This document shows positions 51,701 to 64,000 of a stretch of DNA of 64,000 nucleotides, one piece after another. The stretch covers positions 58,404,001 to 58,468,000 of the forward strand of contig OX597825.1 of assembly GCA_951406725.2 (NCBI GenBank). The letters run 5' to 3'. A model generated the notes under the pieces. That model did no database searches. It was given only the letters and a program-made list of their open reading frames with translations, and had not been told where the DNA came from. The position numbers were made by a program, and so were the translations under genes. Each line of letters starts with the position of its first letter. Positions within the stretch are counted from its first letter, which is position 1. Origin of the DNA: Octopus vulgaris. Its lineage: Eukaryota.

Positions 51701-52645
51701 AGCTCGAATCCCAGACCGGGCTGCATGTTGTGTTCTTGAGCAAGGCAAACTTGAGCCTGGAAGTTGTCTGGATTTCTGGATTTTCCAGTTTTCTGGAGAC
51801 AGTCTAGATATATACTCTTTTACTCATTTCAGTCATTTGACTGTGGCCATGCTGGAGCACTGCCTTTAGTCGAGCAAATCAATCTCAGGACTTATTCTTT
51901 GTAAGCCTAGTTCTTATTCTATCGGTCTCTTTTGCTGAACCACTAAGTTACGGGGACATAAACACACCAGCATCAGTTGTCAAGCGATGTTGGGGGGACA
52001 AACACAGACACACAAACATACACACACATACATAAATACATATATATATATATATATACACACACACGATGGGCTTCTTTCAGTTTCAGTCTACCAAATC
52101 CACTCACAAGGCTTTGGTCGCCCGAAGGCTATAGTAGAAGACACTTGCCCAAGGATGCTATGCAGTGGGACTGAACCCGGAACCATGTGGTTCGTAAGCA
52201 AGCTACTTACCACACAGCTACTCCTACGCCTATAAAAATATAAAATAAACTATGAAAACTAAAGAGCTAAATTGTATTTAACAGATTTAGATTAATATAC
52301 TTCTAAAGCAGGGTCTGTTTAATGTCTATTAATCCATTTGAAATTCTTAAAACATATCATAATGTACCTCGTATACAGTATATTATTTTAATATTTGTAA
52401 GATAAAAATTAAATGAAGAAATGTAAAGAACATGATTTATTTAATAGAAACATGTACAAATTGATATACTTTTTAGGCAGAGTATGTTTGATATATATTA
52501 ATCTACATTAAAAAAATTAAGAACAAGACTATTTTTAACACATCTTGTGTAAATTAAACAATTTCAAAAAACAGGGTCTGTGTACTCAATACAGGGTACA
52601 GTGTATTGCATGATTTTGCACAGTATTTCCAGATTTCTGGAAGCC
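48775..52645 (+). repeat. Two diverged copies of an AT-rich element (48775-49520; 51755-52645), each interrupted by a different SINE
   Basis: Shared CCTGGAAGT.GTCT..ATTTCTGGATTTTC...CTATGAAAA.TAAAGA.CTAA...AAAACAGGGTCTGT...CAGATTTCTGGAA; the SINE at 49154-49407 has TSD TTATATAAATCAA. Confidence 0.7.
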
Positions 52646-53641
52646 ATAGATGTTTGTTATTGTATATGCATACAAGACTGGAAATTTGTGTGCATCTGAT
52701 CAAACTGAATCCTGTAAAAGACTGGTATTGGTTTTCATAAATGCTGGAATTTTTAAGGTAAAATTCAAACTTATAAGTTTTGCAAAGTTACATACAGTTG
52801 TACAGGAAAAAAAAAAAAATGAAGCAAAATAGAAGAATGAATAGAAGTACACCTGTCTACTAAATGGATACACAAAGTATCATTTAAACATTTGTTACCT
52901 GGGAAGTTTTTTTCAAACTGAGCAAGTCTCACTTCAAAATTATTCTACCATCTCGCTAGATCTTAGCTTTGATCAACAACCAAAGGCTGTTTATAGTTAG
53001 AAACCGTGACACATGCCTTCATTCTTTAAATTTCTGATTCAGAATCAAACAAATTTTTCTTATCAGTGATATAGTATTTAATTACGAAAATTTGTCTGTG
53101 AAGCCAAGTGATAAAGGCATGTGTGTTAGTATGGATCTGTCTGTCTGTCGGTCTATCTGTCTGTTTGTCTATCTATCTATCCATCCATCCATCCATGCAT
53201 GCATGCTTGCATCCTTGTATGTGTGTGTGTATATGTGTATGTCTATAAGTGTGTGTATATACATACATCTATTCATGGATGCATGTATGAATGAATGATA
53301 ATGTGTGACTATAATAACCCTAGTCCTGAATAAAGTACACTTCAACTCCTAAAGGTGAAGATTTTAAATAGATGATTGCAACAACAGTTCTATTGTTTTA
53401 CTCCTACTAGCTCAGTACACTTGCAGTGATGAAGTCATGGGAGTGAAACAAGAGTACTCTGTTTAGAACACACACATGTATATATATGTATTTATATACC
53501 TCTCTATGTATGTATATATATGTGTGTGTGTGTGAGTGAGTATTTTATTAAAATGGTGAATCCAACAAAAGACGTTTGTTTTGTTTCAAAGAAGTTAGGT
53601 AATTCCGGGATTTATGTTTGTATATATGTATGAATAGATGC

Positions 53642-53685
<44 letters not shown>

Positions 53686-53727
53686 GTGTGTATATATCTC
53701 TATCTATCTATCTATCTATCTATCATG

Positions 53728-53768
<41 letters not shown>

Positions 53769-53816
53769 GTGTGTATATATCTATATCTATCTATCTATCT
53801 ATCTATCTATCATGTA

Positions 53817-53861
<45 letters not shown>

Positions 53862-54014
53862 TAATAATATAGGGTGAAATTAATTAATTTGGAATAATCA
53901 TTAATTTCACCAAGTAGATTTCGGCATCTAAAAGCCCCATTCGAGGAAGGTTTAAGTAATACTAAGTAATTAAGGGTTTAGCAACGATTTGCCTCACCAC
54001 ATGCCACACATGCA

Positions 54015-54229
54015 CGAGGGGGTATTGAAAACTTCCTGGCTTTCATTAAAAGAAATTACAGGAGGATCAGTTAATTATGATTTTATTTAACATATTTCCC
54101 TCTCAGATTCATCCTCATATTGCAGCAGTCCTTCAGTTTTTCTAAGCCCTATAAAAGAATATGGGAGGTTGAACTTCTAGCCAGGCTTTTCGCTATACCT
54201 TTAAAGCCTGGAACTTTTCAACACCCCTG
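54015..54229 (-). mobile_element. Mariner-type MITE
   Basis: Reverse-oriented copy of the 10065/16924 family with the same TIRs. Confidence 0.8.
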
Positions 54230-57200
54230 ATATATATATGACTGTCTATCTGTCTGTTATCTATTTCTATCTGTCTGTCTGTCTGTCTCCCCCCCTCTCT
54301 CTCTCTATCTATCTGTATATATATATATACACACACACACTGAAAGCTGATCTCAAAATGCTGAACCTTACAAAAGAGATGACTGAGGACCAAGGTATGT
54401 GGTGCATTGCTGTATTTGAGAACACCTATCCACTGCAACAGAATTGAGATTCTAAAATCAAGATATCACATAAAAAGCATTGGTGTGGGTGCTGGTACCA
54501 TGTAAAAAGCACTAGTGATGGTGCCACGTAAAAAGCACCCAGTACACTCTATAAAGTAGTTGGCAATAGGAAGGGCATCCAGCCATAGAAATCAAACCAA
54601 AACAGACTATAGAACCTGGTGCAGCCCCTACCCTTACCAGTTCCTGTCAGCTGTCCAACCCATGCCAGTATGGAAAACAAATGTTGATGATGTTGATGAT
54701 GAGGATGACTAGGAATGAGGTTAGTTGATTATATTAACTCCAGTGTTCAGCTGGATCTTACTTCATAAACCCTGAAAGTTCAAATTTTGCCTTTCACCTT
54801 GAAAGGAGGAAAGGCAGAATTTTAACTCAGAAGATAAAGACAACTGAAATATGCTACTAAGCTTTTTGTCTTGGCGTGCTAACCACTCTGCCAGTTCACC
54901 ATCCTGATCAGTTCCATAATAATGTGTATATATTCTTTTCTGCTAAAGGCGCAAGGCCCAAAATTTTTGGGGAGGGGGCCAGTCAATTAGATCAATCCCT
55001 GTACACAACTGGTACTTAATTGTTTGACCCTGAAAGGATGAAAGACAAAGTTGACCTCGGCAGAATTTGAACTCAGAACATAATGGCAGACAAAATACTG
55101 CTAAGCATTTCACTCGGCATGCTAACATTTCTGCCAACTCACTGCCTTAATAATGTGTATATATTATACAAGCAGAAGTGTGACTGTGTGGACAAGAAAT
55201 TCACTTTGCAACCATGTGGTTTCACATTCAGTCCTACTGCACCACACCTTGGATAAGTGTCCACTACTTTAGCTCCAAGCCACCCCATGTCCTGTGAGTG
55301 AATTCGGTAGAAGTAAATGGTGTTGAAACCCATTGTGTGTGTGGGTGGGTGTAGATGTGTGTGTATGCACATGTACATTTTTGCTCTTATTTCCCTAATG
55401 CTTGACAACCAGTTTTGACTTGTTTACAATGTTATAATTTGGCAGTTTGGCAAGAAGACAACAATAGTATAAGTACTAGACTTGAAAAATCAATTCTTTT
55501 ATTCTTTTATTTGTTTCAGTCATTTGACTGCGACCATTTTGGAGCACCACCTTTAAGGGTTTTTTAGTCAAAGAAATCGACACCAGAACTTATTCTTTGT
55601 AAGCCTAGTACTTGTTATGTTGGTCTCTTTTGCTGAACTGCCAAGTTACAGGGATGTGAACACACTAACATCGGTTGTCAAGTGATGGTTGGGGACAAAC
55701 ACAGACACAAATACATGCACTCATAAATATATACACATATACAATGGGCTTCTCTCAGTTTCTGTGTACCAAATCCACTCACAAAGCTTTGGTTGGCCTG
55801 AGGCTGTAGTAGAAGACACTTGCGCAAGGTACCGCATAGAGGGACTGAACCCAGAACCATGTTGTTGGTAAACAAGCTTCTTACCACAAAGTGACGCCTA
55901 CTGAACAATATTCAATAAAACAGCAAACATAGTATTAAAACAATTTAAGAAAAACAAAATTGTAACAAAATAAAAATGTGTATGTATATGTACATATATA
56001 GGTATATTTAAATGTGTATGTGTGTTGTGGCTGTGTGGTAAGAAGTTTGCTTCCCAACCACATGTCCATGGGTTCAGTCCCACTACATGACACTTGGGGC
56101 ATGTGTCTTCTACTATTGCCTCAAGCCGGCCAAAGCCTTGTGACTAGATTTGGTAGACAGGAACTGAAAGAAGCCTGCAATGTGTGTGTGTGTGTTTGTC
56201 CTCCACCACCACTTTTGCGCTATTTTGGGCACAATCAGGCTTAATTATTACAATAATAATAATCATCATTGTAAATAATTATACCAACTTAAATAGTGGA
56301 ACTTCATTTGAGCAGAAAAATAAATGAGAAAGCAAGAGAAAAAGAGAAAATAAGGCAATACCAATTGTTACATGTTAACCCACTGAAAAATTTAGTTATA
56401 CAATTTGAATTGTTGTAATAGTTAGTGGTACGTATCTGTCTACGGGGTGGGGGGAAGGCTACTACTGGTGTAAGTTAAATATATAATAACTGTATGAGTA
56501 ATCTGGTTAGGTCATAAAGTAAAAAGTAAAAATACCGGGAATTACAAAACTTAAAATGATAACAGTTAACCATAATTTATTTATCGGTAATTACCTAATC
56601 GATGAGCATAATTAATTTAAATGAAGGGCCTTTCAAAACCATAAATGTTGATTAATTAAACTTGGAGGCAAACTATAATATGCATTGACTGCTCCTGTTA
56701 TCACTTGCACAAAATAAAAAAAAATGTAACTTTGGCTGGTTTCTGACAGCAATTTCCTTGTTTTCTAAGTGTCCTGAAGCAGGTGTGTTGTGTCTTGAAA
56801 TGATTGATCTTCTTAAGGTTGAAGGTTATCAATGCCCTAAAATGTTGAAGGCTCACCCTGCATGGACATTGGCTAAATATACTGTGGATGAATATTTTTC
56901 TTCCATGCTTTACGGAAATAAATAGAACACTCCAAGTTTTTTTCCCATTCCTGTCATCTGTTTTTTTTTTTGTCATACTGATTTACAATTTGTGTTAGTC
57001 AAAAAATAATGAATTTCCCAGAGTTTGTTCTTTTGTACTAGTAACAGGAATCAGTTTAATCAACTTTCCCCTTCCCTTTTAATTGCTGGCCTTGTACCTA
57101 AGCATTGGGCAACGTGCCTTGCAGTATAGAGTTATGACCCATTACATTCTCAGTTCAATCCCAATGAGGCTAGCTTTACCTTTCATCTCTATGGGAGTAA

Positions 57201-57779
57201 TAAAATAAAGCACCAGTAATGTACTGGGTCACTTTAATCCATTGTCCCTCCCCACAACTTGTTGGCCTTGTGCCTAAATGAAAAATCCTTATTTAAAATT
57301 TTTTAGGCTGCCACCCTTGATTTTTTTAAAAACCAGAATTAGTTTAGTTTATATATCCTATTTATTTTATAACATATGGTATTACTCGAAATGTTCTTTT
57401 TTTTGTCATATATATATATAAAGTTTTTAATGTAAAATAAAATTATTATTAGATTCTCCAGCTGTTGTATCAAGCTTAGAATAAAATTTCACTGGAGATA
57501 GATTAGCAAAATTTAATAAGAGGGGCAGGTTGGAATAAAAGCAGTAGTGGTGATGGTGGGGATCTTAAAAATTAACAAGTGGGGTGGTGTGGGAATAAAA
57601 GTAGGGGTGTGGTAAAAATCTGAAAAATTAATAAGTGGGGGAAATGGAAAAAATCTGAAAAATTTATATGTGCTAGCGATTATTCAAGACCCCAGAGTAT
57701 ATATAATTACTATGATTTATCATTATTGTATATATATATATATATATACATATAACTGTATAATAATAATAATAATAAT

Positions 57780-57819
<40 letters not shown>

Positions 57820-57906
57820 CTGTATAATAATATATCATAATATTTATTATCTGATTTGAAGCAACACATACACACACAGATACAGACACACACACACATA
57901 TATATA

Positions 57907-58085
57907 CAGAGTGTGATTTGTAAATTGTTGCCATTTCATATTTTTAATTTCATGCTTGCACATTATTTTTGATTTTGTTGACTACACAGTATAGTAGGGT
58001 CAGTTGGGCACCATCCGTGAGAAAAACAGCACCATGATGTAATTCACTCTGCCAGAAATTTGGAAACGATATGCTGTACTGCTTG
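57907..58085 (+). mobile_element. 5' fragment of the DD37D element
   Basis: Reverse complement of ~35120-35303 (ACAGTATAGTAGGGTCAGTTG...GTGAGAAAAAC). Confidence 0.75.
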
Positions 58086-58199
58086 ACAAAATTAAGTGTT
58101 AAATTAAACATTAAATTAAACATTAAAAATTAAAAATTATAAATTATACATTATAATTATGAATTAATATACATATATCAAATTTATAAAGTCAAGTAT

Positions 58200-58387
58200 A
58201 TGTTAGTTAGTTAGTTAATTTGGCTCAAAAGCAAATAGCAAGGCCATGTAGGGGGACATGGAGTTAAGTACAGGGTGGTGTTCATGTAAAGAGTTCAGGC
58301 CACTTGAGGTCCAGGGAGGCTTTGAACAAAGCGGTCATCGGCATCTTCACCATCTCATCTGGCAGCTTGTTCCACGGATCCGCAACA
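58200..58387 (-). mobile_element. CR1-clade LINE 3' end
   Basis: Minus strand VADPWNKLPDEMVKMPMTALFKASLD (WNxLP..FK..LD motif) with an (AACT)n tail. Confidence 0.75.
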
Positions 58388-60103
58388 ATATAATGTCAAA
58401 TACAAAATATAAAATGAAATTATACATCAGAATAAAAATGTCTGTAATTAAGTGTGAAGAATAACATGAAAAGAGCTGGTACATATCCTCCTTTTATGGA
58501 AGAAATTGTGTTTTTATGTGCCACCTGCACAGGAGCCAGTCCAGCGGCACTGGCAACGACCTTGCTCGAATGTTGTTTTCCATGTGCCACCAACACAAGT
58601 GCCAGTAAGGCGACACTGGTAATGATCTCACTTGAATGGTGTGTTATTACGTGCCACCAGCATGGGAGCCAGTTAGCAGTCCTGGCAATTATCACACTCG
58701 GATGGTGCTCTTAGCACTCCATTGGCACGGATGTCAGTCATGCGGTGTTGTCATCGAATTTGATTTCGATTTCAATTTCACTTGCCTCAACAGATGTATG
58801 TAACTATGTGTGTATGTCTTTGTGTTTGTACCCCCATCACCACAACTGGTGTTGTTGTGCTTTTGTCCCCAGTTTGGCAAAAGAGTCTGATAGAATAAGT
58901 ACTAGGCTTAAGAAATAAATCCTGGTGTCGATTTGTTTGATTAAACTCCTTCAAAGCAGTGCTCCAACATGGTCACTGTCAAATGACTCAAACAAGTGAA
59001 AGAATAAAAGCATAAATAAATGATATAGAGCTCAGTGCATTAGTTTACCCAGGGGCCTATAATGATGCCTTTGATATTATCAGCACTTCCAATGAGAAGG
59101 CTCTGAATTATTGAAATTGGTTCACCTTTGACCATCTGATTTGCAAAAAATGCAAAATTAACCCTCTAGCATTTAAATTGACCATATCTAGCCCAAATAT
59201 TGGTTTCAAATTTTGGCACAAGGCCAGCAATTTCGTGGTGGTGGGGGATAAGCCAATTACATCGACCCCAGTGTTCAACTGGTACTTATTTTTATCAACT
59301 CTGAAAGGATGAAAGGCAAAGTCAACCATGGCAAAATGTGAACACAGAACATAAAGATGGATAAAATGCAGCTAAGCAGTACATCCTGCATGCTAATGAC
59401 TCTGCCAGCTCACCACCTTATCTAGCCCAAATAATGTACCTGTTTTATGCTTAAACCAGCCAGATCTGGCCTCTTACTCCTACTGTATAATATCATTCCA
59501 AAAATAAACAATTACATGATTGAAAAAAATTAAGCTATGTGATAATACATGATTAATTGAAAACAATGAAAAGCAAGCATTTATATTCAAAGAGTAATTT
59601 GAATACTAAAGGGTTAAATATAATTTAATTACTAGTTAAACTAACATGGAGATGTCTGTTAATCTTCCATTAAGTATGTATGTGTCCTATAAAAGAGTGC
59701 TTCAGTGAAAACATGCTTTAGAACATTAGCTCATTGAAGCTATAGCACTTGCTTTATGGTTTCATCATATTTTAATGCTAAGACAATCAATAAGATCTCA
59801 GTCAAACCGTAATAAAGCATATGGAAATGAAGACAATAAAAAGTTTTTTTTATAAAATCACCAATTTTTATGGTGCATTGCACCAAGCAGTTGTTATCTA
59901 TAAAAACCTTTACCTCAGCTTGTCACATCGATCTTGTACGATACCGCAGTGAGGATAAAGAACAATAAACAGGTCTAAATGTTTTTGTTCTGTTACTGTT
60001 AGAAAGAAACCTACATCACCCAATGCAGAACCGGTTAATCAGCCAACCCCCACATTTCGATTTTTCATTTGAATCTTTTAGTGAACTTGAAAGAATAGAA
60101 GTA

Positions 60104-60510
60104 GGTGCAGGAGTGTCTGTGTGGTAAGTAGCTTGCTAACAAACCACATGGTTCCGGGTTCAGTCCCACTGCGTGGCATCTTGGGCAAGTGTTTTCTGTT
60201 ATAGCCCCGGGCCGACCAATGCCTTGTGAGTCGATTTGGTAGACGGAAACTGAAAGAAGCCTGTCGTATATATGTATATATATATATATATATGTGTGTA
60301 TGTGTGTGTTTGTGTGTCTGTGTTTGTTCCCCTAGTATTGCTTGACAACCGATGCTGGTGTGTTTACGTCCCCGTCACTTAGCGGTTCGGCAAAAGAGAC
60401 CGATAGAATAAGTACTGGGCTTACAAAGAATAAGTCCCGGGGTTGATTTGCTCGACTAAAAGCAGTGCTCCAGCATGGCCACTGTCAAATGACTGAAACA
60501 AGTAAAAAGA
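60104..60510 (+). mobile_element. Full-length CORE-type SINE (family B)
   Basis: Close match to 42706-43115. Confidence 0.9.
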
Positions 60511-61015
60511 AAAAGAAAGAAACAAAAAAAGAAATCCAGTTTCATGTTCCAGTGGTAGCTTTTTTTTTTAAACTTCACATAAATCTATAATGTCCTCCAG
60601 AAATTCAGGATTCAAGACAATTATGTTATCTCATATATATATATTAGCTCACAGTCTTGTTTAGAAATTTTTCATCTTAAATATTATATTATGATTTTCA
60701 ATTCTTTTAAAACCCCCAATAAATACTTTACTTCCTTGTTAGACTGTCCTTCTGTAGTCACATAACTGAGCCTATGTTTTGATTTTTTTGTGATCTGAGG
60801 TTATCTATCAATAAGTCACTGTTGACTTACTAGAGACTTTGTTGGTCAGTGCTGACCATGCATCTGCACACATGTTTAGGCCTGTGCATGATTTTTAGAG
60901 GAATACCAGTTGTTGCCCATTCATGTGATCATTTCCTCTCCTATTTATGTTGCCAATGTTTATCAAAGGGATAGCCACTGACTTGGGACAATACCACTTG
61001 GTACTTGTATCATTG

Positions 61016-61325
61016 TGGAGGTGCAATGGCCCAGTGGTTAGGGCAGCAAACTCGTGGTTGGAGGATCACTGTTTCGATTCTCAGACCGGGCATTATGTGT
61101 GTTTATTGAGTGAAAACACCTAAAGTTCCACGAGGCTCTGGCAGGGGGTGATGGCGACCCCTATTGTACTCTTTCACCCCAACTTTCTCTCACTCTTTCT
61201 TCCTGTTTCTTGTGTAATGCTGTGATGGACTGGCATCCCATCCAGCTGGGGGGAACACATATGCTACAGGAACTGGGAAACTGGGCCCATGAGCCTGGCT
61301 AGGCTTGAAAAGGGCGCATAAATAA
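61016..61325 (+). mobile_element. tRNA-derived SINE with V-domain-like 3' part
   Basis: Same head as 25084, followed by GATGGACTGGCATCCCATCCAG...GGAACTGGG. Confidence 0.75.
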
Positions 61326-62060
61326 ACTAGTATCTTTGCAGGCCATTGCAAATGTTGCTGTCAGAACACAAAGCGCAGTAACTTACCACAAGGCATCTTG
61401 CCTGACCCTCTAACAGTTTTGATTATGCACTGCCCTGAGATTCAAGGGCTTTTTTTCTGGTTTTTTTTTTGTTTTATTTTTATAATTCCAGCATGTAGGC
61501 AGAATTTTGTGCATTGAACAAAATGCTTAGCAGTATTTATTTCTGTTTCTTATATGATGAACTTAAATCCTACTGACCCCAATTTTACTTTTCATCCTTT
61601 TAGGTTGATAAAATAGAGTACCAGTCATATAGTGGGATCAGTGTAATTGCCTTGCCTTCTCCCCTCAAAACTGCTAGCCGCTTGCTAAAATTAAAAAGAA
61701 TCATAATTCCATTCTCATCTAGGTTCTCTTAAGGAATATTAAATCAGCTTCACTGCTTGATTTGTGCATCATTTTATCAACCCTGGAAGAATGATAGTGA
61801 AAAGTTAGCTACAGAGGGATGTGAGGTGCTGGAACGAATACTATGAGGCATTTATTTGATGCTCTAATGATTTTGTCAATCAACTTGCGAAAGTGATTTA
61901 CAAAAATAGATAGAAAAATACATCAATGGTGTTGTTTAAGTTGTTTAACCAGCAAGAGGAGGAGAATAGTGATGCAGTTTAAGAGTAATTACTTCATATT
62001 AAATTATCGCCTGGTTTTGCTCCAATCACATAAGATGAACTCCAGTACTGACTGTTTGAG

Positions 62061-62120
<60 letters not shown>

Positions 62121-62820
62121 ATTGAATGGGGAACTGATCTGCTAGACTAGTTCAGGACAGATGAAAAACCAATGCATGGCTTAACAATACGCATGGATTA
62201 TGGAAACTATAAATTAGTTCGAGCAATACTGAGAGAAGGAAGAAGAATTCTTATAGACAATGACTTGTGTTCAAAATCGATAACATTGTCCGATTTTTTT
62301 TATTCTTAAGAAAAATTCTTTGGAATTAAATAGTCACAATTTCTTGTTAGTTTTCATTGTGAAGAAAGCAAGGAGAGGTCAAAGAAATGGAATATATTAT
62401 ACCAAGATAATGTCATTAACACTCATATTTTATTATAGAAAAAGAAATTTTAATACATATTATCTTTATTACATTGAGCAGTAAATTTCTCCAAATAATA
62501 CCATATTCATATGTTGCATCAGTTATGGAATTGAATGCATATGATATTGGAATATTTTTGTTGATAGTATGTAAACTGAATTGCAAACACACTCACACAC
62601 ACATGTTACTGTAATTCAGTTCATGCGTACAGAGTACATTTGTGGAAGGTCACTGGTCCCGTAATATCTGAAGATCTACTCTCACAAGACTTGTCTTGTT
62701 GAGTCACTGTTTTAATAAATACATTTGCCCTAATTGAGTGCTTTGGCCTTAAACTTTGGTTCTCCCTGGCTTTTGAAGTAAGAACATACAATTACCCCTC
62801 ACACACAAACACACAAAGAC

Positions 62821-62910
<90 letters not shown>

Positions 62911-63339
62911 CATTTAACGTCAGATGATAGACAGATACGCACACACACATATATTTATACATATAGATGTGCATGTATACAAACACATGAGTGTGTGTGT
63001 ATACATACATACATACATACTAGTGCCACATAAAAAGCATTCATGTCAGTGCTGTGTAAAAGCACCCAGTGCACTCTGTAAAGTGGTTGGTGTTAGGAAG
63101 GGCATCCAGCTGTAGAAACCATGCCAAAACAAACACGGAGCCTGAATAGTCCTTCAGCTGGTCAGCTCCTATCAAACCATCTAACCCATACCAGCATGGA
63201 AAATGGATGTTAAGTGATGATGATGATATATATATATATAACACTGCCAGATCAGACTGGGCCTGAAGCAGCCTTCTGGCTTCACAGACCCCAGTTGAAC
63301 CATCCAACCCATGCTAGCATGGAAAGCGGACGTTAAATG

Positions 63340-63371
<32 letters not shown>

Positions 63372-64000
63372 ATATATATATATATATAAAATGTCTATCT
63401 GCAACATGGGAAAGTGGAGTTGTTGATAGGAATATAAGCAAAAGTTAGTGCATGACATGTGTATTTTGTTCAGTAGCAATGATACTGGGTACCTATTCTC
63501 CACAGGCTATCATAATACATATATTCTCTCCACAGACTATTAGAAGAAATAAGGTGTGGTAGGGCAACAAACAGCAATTAAATGGCGCCTCAGGGTTTCC
63601 TCTCAGATTTACGAGTATCATTAATTTACCTTGTTTAAACATTGTATACTAAATTTACATTTCTGAATGTACGTCTTGTTGTTCTCAAACACAAACACGT
63701 TAATTACGTTTTCTAGTTTCAACTATTTCATGTTCAGTTCTGTTTCAAAGTTTATTTTTGCGTTTCACTTTCTCTTCTTATTTTTGTTTCCTTTTGGCTT
63801 TTGGAAATGTTAATACTTTATGTAATTTGTGTCAGTTTTATTCGACATCTGGTACTGTAATCCTGGCAGCTCAATAGGTCTGAGGTATTTCAGAATTATC
63901 TAGTAAAAGAAATGGAAAACTAAATAAAACTAAAGAAAGACGAATAAAACGATGGCTGCCATCTTTATTTTATTTTATTTCTATTAACATGAGTATGATA

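Noticed and set aside
56775-56925. Short + frame (AGVLCLEMIDLLKVEGYQCPK...) as a second exon
   Set aside because: No clear acceptor or donor, no domain similarity, and it ends in a stop.
59910-60010. Possible minus-strand exon (TTTCTAACAG ... GAG|GTAAAG)
   Set aside because: The splice-like sites could arise by chance, and the open frame has no recognisable similarity.

Overview
This is AT-rich, microsatellite-dense eukaryotic DNA, most likely from an octopus (coleoid cephalopod). That assignment is inferred from the tRNA-derived SINE families and was not checked against a database. Almost all ORFs in the track are microsatellite artefacts. The only host-gene signal I can support is a short first coding exon (12132-12249, +) encoding a signal-peptide-like sequence and ending at a phase-1 GTAAGT donor, so the remaining ~52 kb may be intron. 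The rest is transposon-derived. It includes two near-full-length DD34D mariner copies in inverted orientation with complementary lesions, a decayed Tigger/pogo element hosting one of them, and a DD37D (maT-type) relic. It also has hAT and Tc1/mariner MITEs, Helitron-like repeats, 3' fragments of Tx1/L1, R4/Dong-type, RTE and CR1 LINEs (three of them embedded in microsatellites) and many SINEs. The most unusual signal is a set of non-coding, (TA)n-associated repeats carrying type I hammerhead-ribozyme folds. The best case is a very young 569-bp unit arranged as a partial tandem plus an inverted copy (26112-27405), with an intact hammerhead on each strand. This resembles Penelope pseudo-LTRs or retrozymes. 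Several other unrelated families in the window carry minimal or variant hammerheads. Coordinates of degenerate repeats are approximate.
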